A stretch of 64,000 bases of DNA from an uncultured Rivularia sp. (lineage in GTDB: Bacteria > Cyanobacteriota > Cyanobacteriia > Cyanobacteriales > Nostocaceae). The stretch is from assembly GCA_963665115.1 (NCBI GenBank), contig OY762007.1:7648001-7712000 (forward strand), read 5' to 3'. The notes below the pieces were generated by a model that saw only the letters and a list, made by a program, of their open reading frames with translations, ran no database searches and was not told the DNA's origin. Positions 62,877 to 64,000 of this stretch are shown in pieces. A program made the position numbers and the translations under genes. Positions within the stretch are counted from its first letter, which is position 1. The number at the start of each line of letters is the position of its first letter.

Positions 62877-64000
62877 TTATAACCAATTCCCTACTAGAAC
62901 ATAAGGTGCCCAGTAGAGTGGATGCTCGTAATTTGGGTCTTTTAATAAAAATAATTGGGATTTGCGTAATGCCTCAGCTTTGTTTTGTTTGGTATTACTT
63001 AACTGTTGGTAAAATTGACCCATTAAATTAGCTGTTGACTCATCATTAACTGGCCATAATGTTGCGAGAGTACTGCGTGCCCCTGCTTTTACTGCCATCC
63101 CTGCTAACCCCAAGGCTGCATGATTATCGCCGACGGCAGTTTCACAGGCACTAAGCACCAAAAGCTCAATTGCTTGGTGCTTGGGCAATTTACTCTGATA
63201 AAGTAAATTATCTAAGTCGTTAATCCGAATGCGGTCATTCCAAGTTAAAATAAATGTTTCTATTGCTTTGGAACTAAATTGTCCGTGAGTCGCAATATGA
63301 ACGATGGGGTAAAAGTCCGATCGCAAATTACTCTCTACATTTTTACGGGTGAATTCCTCGTTTAATAAAACTGTACTTGGTACTCCTAATTTAATTTTTT
63401 TGAATTCTTCTTCGACAAATTCCAAAGGTGAAAATCCTTGTCTGGCTTCACTTAGCCCAGCCCCCAGTACTTTAAAGTTATTCTGTTGTAGCTTGTGTGG
63501 TGGTAGTAGTTTTAAGCTTGGTGTGAAGGCAATGCTGTATTTTTCGAGTAAATATTGATCGCCATCATGGAGTACTCCTATGGGAATATTTCGTAATACT
63601 CCATCTGGTACTAATACTAAAGTTTTCACTCCACTACTAGCTAATTCTTTTTCTAAGGGACGAATTAACCAGTCGTACAGTTGTTTAGAAAAAGGCATAA
63701 AACTGTATCTGGTACGAATGACTAAATTCTGGCGTAGTTTTTCTACAGTGGTTTCTAGCTTTTGTTGAGACACTGCAATTGTGTAGTGGTGTAGTGGCTG
63801 CTGTGGCAAGCTGAGAATTACTTCTAAATTATTTTTAAGGATTATAGGATAAATAACTGCGGCTTGAGTATCAATGCGGTCAATTTCTGCGGGTTTGATA
63901 TCCAAACAAGCTTCACGAAAGAAGTTCTCTAGCTCTGCAAGTTGTAGGGATTCAACAACTTCACGGGCTTGCAACAAATGTTCTTGACTGGATTCTGATG
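62877..64000 (-). CDS. CHAT domain protein (C-terminal part; 5' end outside the window)
   Basis: HIATHGQF, LSACETA.GD, ATLW.VND, HPLYWAPY. Confidence 0.92.
   Translation of the reverse strand, partial: SESSQEHLLQAREVVESLQLAELENFFREACLDIKPAEIDRIDTQAAVIYPIILKNNLEVILSLPQQPLHHYTIAVSQQKLETTVEKLRQNLVIRTRYSFMPFSKQLYDWLIRPLEKELASSGVKTLVLVPDGVLRNIPIGVLHDGDQYLLEKYSIAFTPSLKLLPPHKLQQNNFKVLGAGLSEARQGFSPLEFVEEEFKKIKLGVPSTVLLNEEFTRKNVESNLRSDFYPIVHIATHGQFSSKAIETFILTWNDRIRINDLDNLLYQSKLPKHQAIELLVLSACETAVGDNHAALGLAGMAVKAGARSTLATLWPVNDESTANLMGQFYQQLSNTKQNKAEALRKSQLFLLKDPNYEHPLYWAPYVLVGNWL

Overview
AT-rich chromosomal window from a filamentous, probably heterocystous cyanobacterium. This is inferred from frequent HIP1 GCGATCGC octamers, heptamer STRR repeats, rpaA, chlP and hetI; a Rivulariaceae/Calothrix-like placement is a guess. 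Left to right it holds: the start of a VirB2/VirB3/VirB4-like (MPF_C-type) cluster; a divergent metallophosphoesterase/phoX pair with Pho-box arrays; an RTX protein; a 5'-truncated bchE-like B12 radical SAM gene; hetI, a YheT-like hydrolase and rpaA; a DUF4388-MglA-like GTPase-Roadblock-protoglobin cluster; a 9-gene Wzx/Wzy polysaccharide cluster; a polar amino acid ABC operon (natFGH/bgtA-like) interrupted by an ~8 kb island (caspase-STAND-TM-WD40 receptor, DUF4384 protein, DUF4258-like protein, secreted protein); a subtilase; a PEP-CTERM protein; chlP; an SDR; a SNF2-SWIM pair; a scar of gene fragments; and a partial CHAT protein. The most striking observation is that the missing N-terminus of the bchE-like gene (3' part at 9.2 kb, + strand) lies at 61.9-62.0 kb on the - strand, the geometry of a ~52.8 kb inversion through the gene. 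At least seven genes carry +1/+2 homopolymer frameshifts, most likely sequencing errors. Family assignments are from motif recognition only; no searches were run.
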